Below, piece after piece: positions 19,972-30,098 of a DNA stretch of 64,000 bases (positions are counted from its first letter, which is position 1; each line of letters starts with the position of its first letter). The position numbers and the translations under genes are program-made. The notes under the pieces are model-generated. The model searched no databases. It was not told the origin of the DNA and saw only the letters and a list, made by a program, of their open reading frames with translations. Origin of the DNA: an uncultured Aliarcobacter sp. (GTDB lineage Bacteria; Campylobacterota; Campylobacteria; Campylobacterales; Arcobacteraceae); NCBI GenBank assembly GCA_963677435.1, contig OY781945.1:448001-512000 (forward strand), read 5' to 3'.

Positions 19972-21831
19972 ATGGAGAAATATATATACATTGCACTTTT
20001 TGCTCCACTTGTAGGTTCTTTAGTAGCAGCTCTTTTTTCTATGCAAGCTAAAACTGCTTTTACAGGATGGTTCACATCTTTTATGTTAGCCGTTTCTATG
20101 TACGCATCTTTATATCTATTACATTTTGTTTATACAACAGATACAACTTTACATGTAAATTTATTTGATTGGATAGTAATTGGAAATTTAGATATTCCTT
20201 TTGGTTTTGTAGTTGATCAAGTAAGTGTAGTAATGATGAGTGTTGTAACTGTTGTTTCAACTATGGTGCATATTCACTCAATTGGTTATATGGAACACGA
20301 TAAAGGTTTTAATAGATATTTTTCTTATCTTTCAGCTTTCGTATTTTCAATGCTAGTTCTTGTAATGTCTGATAACTTTGCTGTTTTATTTATAGGATGG
20401 GAAGGTGTTGGGGTTTGTTCTTGGTTGTTAATTGGTTTTTGGTATCACAAAGAATCAGCAACTTGGGCTGCAAACGAAGCCTTTATTATGAATAGAATAG
20501 GGGATTTAGGACTTTTAATTGGAATGTTCTTAATTTATTGGAATATTGGAAGTTTACAATATGATATTGTATTTGCCAAAGTTTCAACTTTAGAAAATAG
20601 TACTTTAGTTTGGATTGGTGCTTTATTGTTTTTAGGAGCAATGGGAAAATCAGCACAATTTCCTCTTCATACATGGTTAGCCGATGCAATGGAAGGACCA
20701 ACTCCTGTTTCAGCACTAATTCACGCAGCAACTATGGTAACAGCTGGGGTTTATTTAGTTGTACGATCAAATGAACTTTATGCTTTAATTCCAGAAGTTG
20801 GATATGCAATAGCAGCACTTGGAGCTTTTGTGGCAATTTTTGCAGCTTCTATGGCTTTAGTAAATAATGATATGAAAAGAATTATTGCTTATTCTACGCT
20901 GTCACAATTAGGATATATGTTCGTAGCAGCTGGTCTTGGAGCTTATTGGGTAGCTTTATTTCACTTAGCAGCTCACGCTTTCTTTAAATCAGTATTATTC
21001 TTAGGTGCGGGAAATGTTATGCATGCTATGGATGATGAATTAGATATTAGAAAAATGGGTGGACTTCATAATAAAATGAAAGCAACTTCAATTATTATGA
21101 CACTTGCTTCTTTAGCACTTGCTGGTATTTTCCCACTTGCTGGATTCTTCTCAAAAGATAAAATTCTTGAAGTTGCATTTAATGCAAATGCGATGGTTTT
21201 ATGGGCAGTTTTATGGATAACTGCTGGTTTAACTGCATTTTATTCATTTAGACTTGTAATGAAAATTTTCTTTGGAGAACAAAATTATTCAAATGAAGAA
21301 CATCATCCACATGAAGCTAAAAACTTTGTAATAGCTGCAATGATTCCCCTTGCAATATTAGCAGTAATTGCTGGTTGGTTTGAACACTCATTTGTAGAGT
21401 TTGTAACAAAAGTTTTACCAACTTGGGAAGCTGAACATATTAATCATTCAACTTCTTGGATATTAATATTAGTGACAAGTGCAGTAGCTTTTGGTGGAAT
21501 TTTTATTGCAGTATTTAAATACAAAAATGGTGGATTTAGTAAATCTTGGGAAGATACAGCAATTTATAAATTGTTAATTAACCAATATTTTGTTCCACAA
21601 TTTTTCAAAAACTTTATCTCAATTCCATATTATAAACTTTCAGTTTGGACATGGAAAATAATAGAAATAAAACTAATAGATGCATCAATTGATGGTTTAG
21701 CTCATTTTGTTAATAAACTAGGAGTGAAAGCAAGACCTATTCAATCTGGTAATTTATCATCATCTTTAAGACTAATGGTTTTAGGATTAATCACAGGATT
21801 AATCTTTACTTTAGTTTTATCAGTACTTTAA
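19972..21831 (+). CDS. nuoL: NADH-quinone oxidoreductase subunit L
   Basis: GWEGVG, GKSAQFPLHTWLADAMEGPTPVSALIHAATMV. Confidence 0.97.
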   Translation: MEKYIYIALFAPLVGSLVAALFSMQAKTAFTGWFTSFMLAVSMYASLYLLHFVYTTDTTLHVNLFDWIVIGNLDIPFGFVVDQVSVVMMSVVTVVSTMVHIHSIGYMEHDKGFNRYFSYLSAFVFSMLVLVMSDNFAVLFIGWEGVGVCSWLLIGFWYHKESATWAANEAFIMNRIGDLGLLIGMFLIYWNIGSLQYDIVFAKVSTLENSTLVWIGALLFLGAMGKSAQFPLHTWLADAMEGPTPVSALIHAATMVTAGVYLVVRSNELYALIPEVGYAIAALGAFVAIFAASMALVNNDMKRIIAYSTLSQLGYMFVAAGLGAYWVALFHLAAHAFFKSVLFLGAGNVMHAMDDELDIRKMGGLHNKMKATSIIMTLASLALAGIFPLAGFFSKDKILEVAFNANAMVLWAVLWITAGLTAFYSFRLVMKIFFGEQNYSNEEHHPHEAKNFVIAAMIPLAILAVIAGWFEHSFVEFVTKVLPTWEAEHINHSTSWILILVTSAVAFGGIFIAVFKYKNGGFSKSWEDTAIYKLLINQYFVPQFFKNFISIPYYKLSVWTWKIIEIKLIDASIDGLAHFVNKLGVKARPIQSGNLSSSLRLMVLGLITGLIFTLVLSVL

Positions 21832-21843
21832 GGGGTTATGTAA

Positions 21844-23370
21844 ATGGAAAATATTTTATCTATGTTGATATTCTTTCCAGCAGCAGCTGCGATTGTTGGG
21901 TTTTTAATTGATAAAAATTCTATGAGACAATTTGGAGTTGTTGTTACTGTTGTTGAATTTGTATTGTCACTTCTACTTTGGTATTACTTTGATACGAATG
22001 AAGCTGGAATGCAATTTGTACAAAACTTACCTTTAATAAGTGCATATGGAATTAATTATTTAATTGGTGTTGATGGAGTAAGTCTATTTTTAATTGTTAT
22101 GATTACTTTTATGACAATGATTGCTTTGATTGGATTAACTGAGAAAAAAGATGTAAAAAATTTAATCATTACTATGTTATTTTTAGAAATGACAATGGTA
22201 GGAGTTTTTGTTTCTTTAGATGTTATTTTATTTTACATATTTTGGGAATTAACACTTATTCCAATGTTTTATGTTATTGGATTTTGGGGAGCAGAAAAAA
22301 GATTTTATGCGGCAATTAAATTCTTCCTATATACTTTTACAGGTTCGTTAGTAATGCTTATAGGGATTCTATATTTTGGATATGTGTTTCATGAAGCAAC
22401 AGGAGTTTGGAGCTTTAGTTTAATGGAATGGAATAGTATAGATCTTCCTTTTGATTTACAACTTTGGCTATTTATTGCATTCTTCTTTGGATTTGCAGTA
22501 AAAGTTCCAATGTTTCCATTTCACACTTGGCTTCCATTAGCCCATGGACAAGCTCCAACTATTGGGTCTATTATGTTAGCAGCTGTTTTACTAAAAATGG
22601 AAACTTATGGATTTATTAGATTTTCACTTCCTTTATTTCCAGATGCAAGTGTTTATTTTGTTGGATTCATGGCAACATTAGGACTTATTGCTATCATATA
22701 TACAGCAATGTTAGCTTATGCACAAGAAGATATGAAACAGATGATTGCATACTCATCAATTTCACATATGGGTGTTATTACTTTAGGGTTATTTGCATTA
22801 AATGTTGAGGGAATTTCTGGTGCTGTTTATTTAATGATTGGACATGGTGTTGTATCTGGTGCATTGTTTATGAGTGTAGGAGTTTTATACGATAGAAGAA
22901 AAACTAAGATGATAAAAGAGTTTGGTGGATTAGCTAATAATATGCCAATATTCGCTCTTGTATATGCTGTAGTTTTAATGGCGTCAATTGGTTTACCTTT
23001 AACTGTTGGATTTATTGGAGAGTTTTTATCACTTTTAGGATTCTTTAAATATTCACCGATTCTTACATTTATCGGAGCATTAACAATTGTATTAAGTGCA
23101 GTTTATATGTTAGCAATGTATAAAAGAACATTCTTTGGAAAATTAAAAAAACCAGAAAATAAAATTTTAAAAGATATTTATGGAAGAGAGTTAGTAGCTC
23201 TTGGTTCTTTAGTAGTTTTAATTATAGCATTAGGAATCTATCCAAAAGTTATATTAGATCCATTGAATGCATCAGTTACTCACCTTACACAAGTTATGGA
23301 ATCTAAAGCTGTTAATGAAAGTACAAAAGATAAACTTAGAGCCTTAAACTCTACAGGGGAGGTTAAATAA
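21844..23370 (+). CDS. nuoM: NADH-quinone oxidoreductase subunit M
   Basis: FYIFWE, VKVPMFPFHTWLP, IAYSSISHMG, FIGEF. Confidence 0.97.
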   Translation: MENILSMLIFFPAAAAIVGFLIDKNSMRQFGVVVTVVEFVLSLLLWYYFDTNEAGMQFVQNLPLISAYGINYLIGVDGVSLFLIVMITFMTMIALIGLTEKKDVKNLIITMLFLEMTMVGVFVSLDVILFYIFWELTLIPMFYVIGFWGAEKRFYAAIKFFLYTFTGSLVMLIGILYFGYVFHEATGVWSFSLMEWNSIDLPFDLQLWLFIAFFFGFAVKVPMFPFHTWLPLAHGQAPTIGSIMLAAVLLKMETYGFIRFSLPLFPDASVYFVGFMATLGLIAIIYTAMLAYAQEDMKQMIAYSSISHMGVITLGLFALNVEGISGAVYLMIGHGVVSGALFMSVGVLYDRRKTKMIKEFGGLANNMPIFALVYAVVLMASIGLPLTVGFIGEFLSLLGFFKYSPILTFIGALTIVLSAVYMLAMYKRTFFGKLKKPENKILKDIYGRELVALGSLVVLIIALGIYPKVILDPLNASVTHLTQVMESKAVNESTKDKLRALNSTGEVK

Positions 23371-24872
23371 TGCTTGAGCCTATAAAAATAACTCTAGAAA
23401 GTCTAAATCTAGGAACTATTGCACCTGTATCTATAGCAATTATTGGTGCTTTGAGTATTTTATTAACTGATATTTTTAATAAAAATAAACATAAATCTCT
23501 TTATGTGATTTTAGTTGTATTATTTCTAATCTTTGATTTATTTACTCTTTTAGCTTATCATGGTGATCAAAGAGGTATGTTTGACTTAATGTTATTAGAT
23601 GGAATTGCAGTTTTATCTCAATGTATAATAATAATTGGTTCAATATTTTTTGTATTTTTAGGATTATCAAAATTAAGACTTCAAGAATTTAGACATGCTG
23701 AGTATTTTGCATTGTATTTATTTACAGTTGCTGGATTCCAATTTATGGTAAGTTCTGATTCTTTAATTATGATATTTGTGGGACTTGAAACATCATCACT
23801 TGCTTTGTATACAATGATTGCTATGCACAATAGAATGGTATCAATTGAAGCTGCGGTTAAATACTTTACAATGGGTGCCTTAGCAGCTGCATTTTTTGTA
23901 TTTGCAGCTATGATATTTTATGCAATAACTGGAACAGTTGAATTATCTCAAATGGCAGAAGTATTAACTCAAGATGGTTTTTTATCACATGAAAATTATG
24001 CTAATTATGTTTTAGTATTAGTTGGGTTTGTATTTATGTTTGCAGCTATTGGATTTAAATTATCACTTTTCCCCTATCATATTTGGGTTCCAGATGTTTA
24101 TCAAGGTTCAACTTCTGCAATGGCAGGTTTTTTATCTGTAATTCCAAAAATGGCGGGTTTTGTAGTAGCATTGAGATTTTTTGAAATATTTATTCATGCA
24201 AATGATATTATCATTCAAACAATGCTTTATGTAACAGTTATTTTAACAATGACAATTCCAAATTTAATTGCCTTACAGCAAAAAGATATTAAAAGAATGC
24301 TTGCTTATTCATCTATTTCAAATGCTGGAATGGCAATGGCAGCAATTGCTATTGGAACACAACAAGCAACAAATGCCTTATTTTTGTATTGGATTTTATT
24401 TACAATTACAAACTTTGGTGCATTTGGTATGTTATGGCTTAATAGAGGAAAAGAATTTAAAGATTATGAGTCTCCATATACATTTAAAAAGTTTTCGGGA
24501 CTTGCTCAAATATCTCCATTTACAGCTTCAATATTAGGAATGTTTTTATTTGCATTAACGGGACTTCCTCCTTTTGCACTATTTTGGGGTAAAATGTATT
24601 TAATTGCAAGTGCTGTAAATGCAGGTCATATTGCACTAGCAATTATAATTATTTTAAACTCAGTTATTTCTGCTTATTACTATTTAAGACCAGTTTCATA
24701 TATGTTCTTAAGAGATCCAGAAAAAGGTGCTAATACAAAATTTATGCAAAATGCAACAACACCTATGAAATCTGTAGTTGGTTTTGTAGTATTTTTAACA
24801 ATTATTTCTATTTTATTAGTAGATCCACTTTTAAATATTATTTCAACTTATGTGGCAAGTTCAGGTTTTTAG
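23370..24872 (+). CDS. nuoN: NADH-quinone oxidoreductase subunit N
   Basis: EAAVKYF, FKLSLFPYHIWVPDVYQG, KRMLAYSSIS, AYYYLR. Confidence 0.97.
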   Translation: MLEPIKITLESLNLGTIAPVSIAIIGALSILLTDIFNKNKHKSLYVILVVLFLIFDLFTLLAYHGDQRGMFDLMLLDGIAVLSQCIIIIGSIFFVFLGLSKLRLQEFRHAEYFALYLFTVAGFQFMVSSDSLIMIFVGLETSSLALYTMIAMHNRMVSIEAAVKYFTMGALAAAFFVFAAMIFYAITGTVELSQMAEVLTQDGFLSHENYANYVLVLVGFVFMFAAIGFKLSLFPYHIWVPDVYQGSTSAMAGFLSVIPKMAGFVVALRFFEIFIHANDIIIQTMLYVTVILTMTIPNLIALQQKDIKRMLAYSSISNAGMAMAAIAIGTQQATNALFLYWILFTITNFGAFGMLWLNRGKEFKDYESPYTFKKFSGLAQISPFTASILGMFLFALTGLPPFALFWGKMYLIASAVNAGHIALAIIIILNSVISAYYYLRPVSYMFLRDPEKGANTKFMQNATTPMKSVVGFVVFLTIISILLVDPLLNIISTYVASSGF

Positions 24873-24881
24873 TATTTCAAG

Positions 24882-24918
24882 ATTCTAATCATTTATAAAA
24901 AATGATTAGAATTTATTG
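24882..24918 (+). terminator. Terminator of the nuo operon
   Basis: Perfect 13-bp arms ATTCTAATCATTT / AAATGATTAGAAT with a 5-nt loop, starting 10 bp after the nuoN stop and followed by TTATTG. Confidence 0.65.
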
Positions 24919-24930
24919 TAAAATAAAAAC

Positions 24931-25419
24931 ATGAAAAAAATTATTACACTATTCTGCCTATTTTTTACTTTTGCTTTTTCAAACTCTTTGGGTTTAACTA
25001 ATACAGATATTATAATTTTAAAAAAAATCAAATCCTTAACCGATGATAATTATATGAAATATACTTTAATGGCAATTGCAATTAAAGAATCATCAGTTGG
25101 TAAAAAATTAATTAATCCAATAAGTAATGATTATGGACTTTTTCAATCAAATATAAAAAGTGTAATAAGAAGACAAAAAGTTCCAGATACTATGTTTAAT
25201 AGAGAATATTTTGCAAAGAAACTTGTTTATGATGTGGGCTTTTCAACTGCAAATGCAATTGTAGAAATAGACTTTTGGAGAAAAGTTCACAAAGATAATT
25301 GGATAAAAATTTGGGCAAGTTATAATGCTGGATGGAAATATAAAAGCGATACAGGTTTAGAATATGCAACATCTGTATTTGATATAATTAAAAAACTAAA
25401 ATTTGAATATGATTTATAA
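24931..25419 (+). CDS. Secreted lysozyme-like / lytic transglycosylase (SLT-fold) protein
   Basis: Signal peptide; AIAIKESS (catalytic Glu), YGLFQ, ASYNAG motifs. Confidence 0.78.
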   Translation: MKKIITLFCLFFTFAFSNSLGLTNTDIIILKKIKSLTDDNYMKYTLMAIAIKESSVGKKLINPISNDYGLFQSNIKSVIRRQKVPDTMFNREYFAKKLVYDVGFSTANAIVEIDFWRKVHKDNWIKIWASYNAGWKYKSDTGLEYATSVFDIIKKLKFEYDL

Positions 25420-25494
25420 AATAATTCATACTATAACCAAAAGATAAACCATAACTTGTTACAATCCCCAAAGAAAAAAATCAAGGATAAGAAA

Positions 25495-26358
25495 TTGAAA
25501 ACTATAAGTGTAGCTCATTCACCAGATGCTGATGATATTTTTATGTATTATGCTATTAAATTTGGTTGGGTTACTCCAAAAGATGCCAAGTTTGAAAATA
25601 TTGCAGATGATATTGAAAGTTTAAATCAAGCAACATTAAAAGGTCAATATGACATTTGTGCAATTTCATTTGCCTTGTATCCTTTTATAAAAGATGATTA
25701 TGCTTTATTAAAAACAGCTGTTTCTTTTGGTGAAGGATATGGACCAAAACTTATAAAGAAAAAAGGTGTAAAACTAAAGAGAAACTTTAAAGTAGCTCTT
25801 AGTGGAGAGTTTACAACTAATGCACTTTTATTTAGAATTGCTTATCCAGATGCAAGAATTACATATTTGAACTTTTTAGAAATAGAAGAGGCTGTTTTAA
25901 GTGGAACAGTGGATGCTGGAGTTTTAATTCATGAATCAATTCTAACTTATAACAATGAATTAGAAGTAGAGCGTGAGATGTGGGATATTTGGGTTGAACT
26001 TAGTGGCGGAAATTTACCATTGCCACTTGGTGGAATGTGTTTAAGAAGATCAATTCCACTTCATAGTGCCATTGATTATGAAAATACTTTAATAAAAGCA
26101 GTTGAAGTTGCAAATAAAAATAGAAAAGTTTTAGCTCCTATGTTATTAGAAAAAGGTTTAATTAGAGTTGATGCCCCAACTTTAGATAAATATTTAGATT
26201 TATATGCAAATGATAATTCCGTGAAAATGAGTGATTTACAATATAAAGCTTTAGATAAATTGTATGAATTAGGATATAAAAATGGTTTTTATGAAAATTT
26301 AATAAAAGCAAAAGATTTTTTAATTCCAAATGAATATGAAGAGTTAAGAGCAAAATAG
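25495..26358 (+). CDS. mqnD: Futalosine-pathway menaquinone enzyme, MqnD-like (MqnA/MqnD family)
   Basis: HSPDADD, FGEGYGPKL, GVLIHE, LPLPLGG; start set at TTG 25495 after AAGGA RBS. Confidence 0.85.
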   Translation: MKTISVAHSPDADDIFMYYAIKFGWVTPKDAKFENIADDIESLNQATLKGQYDICAISFALYPFIKDDYALLKTAVSFGEGYGPKLIKKKGVKLKRNFKVALSGEFTTNALLFRIAYPDARITYLNFLEIEEAVLSGTVDAGVLIHESILTYNNELEVEREMWDIWVELSGGNLPLPLGGMCLRRSIPLHSAIDYENTLIKAVEVANKNRKVLAPMLLEKGLIRVDAPTLDKYLDLYANDNSVKMSDLQYKALDKLYELGYKNGFYENLIKAKDFLIPNEYEELRAK

Positions 26359-26361
26359 TAT

Positions 26362-27147
26362 ATGCAAAATAGTATAAGAACAATTGATTTTAAAAGATAC
26401 ACTTCAATAAAAATAGGACCTATTTTAGATGTTTTAGAAATAAATGAAATAGGTGACTATAGTGAATATCAAATTATTGGAAGAGCCAATAATCTTTTAA
26501 TTTCTCCAAATATAAATAAAAATTTTGCAATTTTAGGTGAAGCCTTTGATTATATTAAGCAAGAAGGAAATCTTCTTTATGTAGGATGTTCAACAACATC
26601 AGGTAAACTTTTAACTTATACAAGAAAAAATAATATTGCAAATTTAGAATTTTTGGCAAAACTTCCTGGAAATTTAGGTGGTTTGGTAAAAATGAATGCA
26701 GGACTTAAATCTTGGGAAATGTTTAATTATATTCATAGCATAAAAACTAAAGATGGATATGTTAAAAAAGAAGATATAGAATATTCATATAGAGAAACTA
26801 AACTTGATACGATTGTTTATGAAGTGGTTTTTAATGTTGAGTATGGTTTTAGTAAAGATATGTTAAAAGAGTTTAATAAAATGAGGGATAATCAACCCCA
26901 TGTGCCAAGTGCTGGAAGTTGTTTTAAAAACCCAAAAGGTGATTTTGCAGGAAGATTAATTCAAGAAGTTGGATTAAAAGGTCAAAGGCGAGGTGATATG
27001 AGTTTTTCAGAAGAACATGCAAATTTTTTAGTAAATTATGGTGATGGAACTTTTGAAGATGCGATATATTTGATAGAAGTAGCAAAGAAAAAAATAAAAG
27101 AGCAGTTTAATATAGATATAGAAGAAGAGATTATAATTTACAAGTAA
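26362..27147 (+). CDS. murB: UDP-N-acetylenolpyruvoylglucosamine reductase
   Basis: LPGNLGGLVKMNAG, PSAGSCFKNP, HANFLVN. Confidence 0.95.
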   Translation: MQNSIRTIDFKRYTSIKIGPILDVLEINEIGDYSEYQIIGRANNLLISPNINKNFAILGEAFDYIKQEGNLLYVGCSTTSGKLLTYTRKNNIANLEFLAKLPGNLGGLVKMNAGLKSWEMFNYIHSIKTKDGYVKKEDIEYSYRETKLDTIVYEVVFNVEYGFSKDMLKEFNKMRDNQPHVPSAGSCFKNPKGDFAGRLIQEVGLKGQRRGDMSFSEEHANFLVNYGDGTFEDAIYLIEVAKKKIKEQFNIDIEEEIIIYK

Positions 27148-27161
27148 AATTAATGTATTTA

Positions 27162-27170
27162 TGTTAGAAT
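27162..27170 (+). promoter_or_regulatory. Extended -10 for topA
   Basis: TGTTAGAAT about 32 bp upstream of the GTG start. Confidence 0.45.
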
Positions 27171-27201
27171 GCAAACTTTAAAAATAATGTAAGGTTTTTT
27201 A

Positions 27202-29583
27202 GTGAAGAATTTAGTAATAGTGGAGTCCCCAGCAAAAGCGAAAACAATATCGAAATTTTTAGGTAGTGATTACACAGTAATGGCCTCAATGGGGCATGTA
27301 AGAGACCTACCAAAATCTCAATTAGGGTTTGATCCAGATGATAACTTTAAACCAAAATATTTAGTATCAACAGATAAGAAAAAAGTAATAAGCGATTTAA
27401 AAAAACATATTAATAAAGATACAACCATCTACCTAGCGGCCGATGAGGATAGGGAAGGGGAAGCTATTGCTTGGCACTTAATTCCTGCATTAAAAATCGA
27501 AAAAAATCCTATTAAAAGAATTGTATTTCATGAAATTACAAAAGATGCAATTTTAGAAGCTTTAGCACATCCAAGAGATGTTGATCAAAATTTAGTTGAT
27601 GCTCAACAAGCAAGAAGAATTTTAGATAGAGCAGTAGGATATGAACTTTCACCCCTTTTATGGAAAAAAGTAAGATATGGACTAAGTGCAGGAAGAGTTC
27701 AATCAGTTGCAGTTAGAATCATAGTTGATAGAGAAAATGAAATAAGAGCTTTTATTCCAGAAGAGTATTGGAGAGTAAAAGCAGATTTTATAAATCCAGA
27801 ATTAAAAGCTGAGTTAGCAAAGATTAATGGTAAAACTTCAAAAGTTGAAAATGAAGAACAAGCATTAAAAATTGAAGACTCTTTAAATCAAGGTATTTAT
27901 AAACTAACTGATATTGAAGAAAAAGATAGCACAAGAAATCCAGCTGCTCCATTTACAACTTCAACACTTCAACAAGAAGCAAGTAGAAAACTTGGACTTT
28001 CAGTTAAACAAACTATGATTGTTGCTCAACAACTTTATGAAGGGAATGTAGGTAATATTCCAGGTCACACAGGCGGTTTAATTACTTATATGAGAACTGA
28101 CTCATTAAACCTTTCAACGGTTGCTACAACTGCTGCAAAAGCTGTTATTGATGAAGTGTATGGGAAAGAGTATTCCCTAGCAAAACCAAGAGTTTATAAA
28201 TCAAAAGCAAAAGGTGCTCAAGAAGCCCATGAAGCAATAAGACCTGTAAATTTAGCGTTAAGACCAAGTATGATTAAAGCTCATGTTGAAAATATTCAAT
28301 ATAAACTTTATAGTTTAATTTGGAAAAGAACATTAGCCACTCAAATGGCACAAGCAAAAATCGCAAATACAACTTATAAAATTGAAGCTGGACTTAATAA
28401 AGAGTTTGAATTTCAAGTAAAAGGTCAAAGAATTATTTTTGCTGGATTTATGAAAGCTTATACAGAAGGTAGTGATAATCCAGAATCTGCACTTGATAGT
28501 ACAGAAAAGATTTTACCAAATATAGATGTAGGAACAATTTTAGAGTTAGAAAATCTTGAATGTGAACAAAATTTTACAAAACCGCCAGCAAGATATACAG
28601 AAGCATCACTTGTAAAAAAACTTGAAAGTGAAGGAATTGGAAGACCATCAACTTATGCTCCAACAATTTCAACTATTCAAGCAAGGGAATATGTGATAAA
28701 AACAGAAGATAAAAAATTAATGCCAACACCAACAGGTGAAGTTGTAAATAGTTTTTTAGTTGATCATTTCTCATATATTGTTGATTTAGGTTTTACTGCA
28801 AAAATTGAAGAAGAATTTGATGATATAGCCGAGGGAAAAATTACTTGGGAACAAGTGATGAAAGATTTTTATGGTAGCTTCAAAAAAACTATTGATGAAA
28901 AAGAGACAAGTGTAAATAAAGAAGATTATTTACAAGTTAGAGAAATTGGAACTGATCCAAAATCTGGAAAACCAGTTAGTGCGCGTGTGGGAAGATTTGG
29001 ACCATTTATTCAAATTGGAACAAAAGATGATGAAGAAAAACCAAAATTTGTAGCAATTCCTGATCATTTAAATATGGATACAATTACATTTGATGAAGCA
29101 ATGTTTTTATTCACTCTTCCAAGAGTTGTAGGTCTTGATGCAAATGGTGATGAAATTAAAGCAAATATTGGAAGATTTGGCCCATATTTACAAGTAAAAA
29201 CAAAATACTATTCATTAAAAACGGATGACCCTTATACTGTTGATTTAAATAGATCATTAGAAATCATAAAAGATTTAGATGAAGCAAAAGAGAAATCTAC
29301 AATTAAATCATTTGATAAAGAAAAAATACAAGTTTTAATAGGGCAATATGGGCCATATATAAAACAAGGTAGAAAAAACTTTAAAATCCCAAAAGGAACA
29401 GAAGCAAATGATTTAACTTTAGAGCAATGTTTAGAAATAATTGCAAAAGATTCAAAATCTTCTAAAACAACAAAAACAGTAGCAACTAAAACAACAACAA
29501 AAAAAGAGCCAGTTGCTAAGAAAACAACAACTAAAAAGACAACGGCTAAAAAAACAACAGCAAAAAAGAGTGCTACTAAATAA
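27202..29583 (+). CDS. topA: DNA topoisomerase I (type IA) with C-terminal Topo_C repeats and Lys-rich tail
   Basis: LVIVESPAKAKTI, DEDREGEAI, SAGRVQS, ITYMRTDS, GIGRPSTY; three G(R/Q)(F/Y)GP repeats. Confidence 0.97.
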   Translation: MKNLVIVESPAKAKTISKFLGSDYTVMASMGHVRDLPKSQLGFDPDDNFKPKYLVSTDKKKVISDLKKHINKDTTIYLAADEDREGEAIAWHLIPALKIEKNPIKRIVFHEITKDAILEALAHPRDVDQNLVDAQQARRILDRAVGYELSPLLWKKVRYGLSAGRVQSVAVRIIVDRENEIRAFIPEEYWRVKADFINPELKAELAKINGKTSKVENEEQALKIEDSLNQGIYKLTDIEEKDSTRNPAAPFTTSTLQQEASRKLGLSVKQTMIVAQQLYEGNVGNIPGHTGGLITYMRTDSLNLSTVATTAAKAVIDEVYGKEYSLAKPRVYKSKAKGAQEAHEAIRPVNLALRPSMIKAHVENIQYKLYSLIWKRTLATQMAQAKIANTTYKIEAGLNKEFEFQVKGQRIIFAGFMKAYTEGSDNPESALDSTEKILPNIDVGTILELENLECEQNFTKPPARYTEASLVKKLESEGIGRPSTYAPTISTIQAREYVIKTEDKKLMPTPTGEVVNSFLVDHFSYIVDLGFTAKIEEEFDDIAEGKITWEQVMKDFYGSFKKTIDEKETSVNKEDYLQVREIGTDPKSGKPVSARVGRFGPFIQIGTKDDEEKPKFVAIPDHLNMDTITFDEAMFLFTLPRVVGLDANGDEIKANIGRFGPYLQVKTKYYSLKTDDPYTVDLNRSLEIIKDLDEAKEKSTIKSFDKEKIQVLIGQYGPYIKQGRKNFKIPKGTEANDLTLEQCLEIIAKDSKSSKTTKTVATKTTTKKEPVAKKTTTKKTTAKKTTAKKSATK

Positions 29584-29585
29584 GT

Positions 29586-30098
29586 ATGAAAATTGGAATA
29601 TTATCTGATAGTCACCTAAAAAGTGACTATACTAAAGATGTTATTGATTTTTTAAAACAGATTGATAGTGAGTATTTGGTTCATGCTGGTGATTTGTGTA
29701 TAGAGAAGAATCTTCAATTATTAGAAGAGTCAGGATTAAAATATATTGCTGTTTTTGGCAATAATGATAGAAATTTACTTAATTTATCTTTTAAATATAA
29801 TATAAAACAAGAGCCGTATTATTTTAAAATTAAAGATACAACATTTAAATTAATGCACTTGCCTTATTACTTAACTCCAGATAGCCAAATAGTGATTTTT
29901 GGGCATACTCATATCTTTGAGTGTGAGTACAAAAACAAAACACTTTTTATAAATCCAGGGGAAGTTTGTGCAAGGGAAAAACCTTTTATTGAGTGCTTAC
30001 AACTAGAGGTTAAAGAAAAAGAGTATATAATCTCGCGTTATTTTAAAAATATTAATGAAATAAATTTTACGAAAGAAGAGTATAAATATGAACGATAA
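29586..30098 (+). CDS. YfcE-like metallophosphoesterase
   Basis: LSDSH, HAGD, GNND, GHTH, NPG motifs. Confidence 0.9.
   Translation: MKIGILSDSHLKSDYTKDVIDFLKQIDSEYLVHAGDLCIEKNLQLLEESGLKYIAVFGNNDRNLLNLSFKYNIKQEPYYFKIKDTTFKLMHLPYYLTPDSQIVIFGHTHIFECEYKNKTLFINPGEVCAREKPFIECLQLEVKEKEYIISRYFKNINEINFTKEEYKYER

Noticed and set aside
29460..29583. Short tandem repeats as a CRISPR array or VNTR
   Set aside because: They are imperfect 15-bp coding repeats for the KKTTA tail of TopA, with no spacers or cas genes
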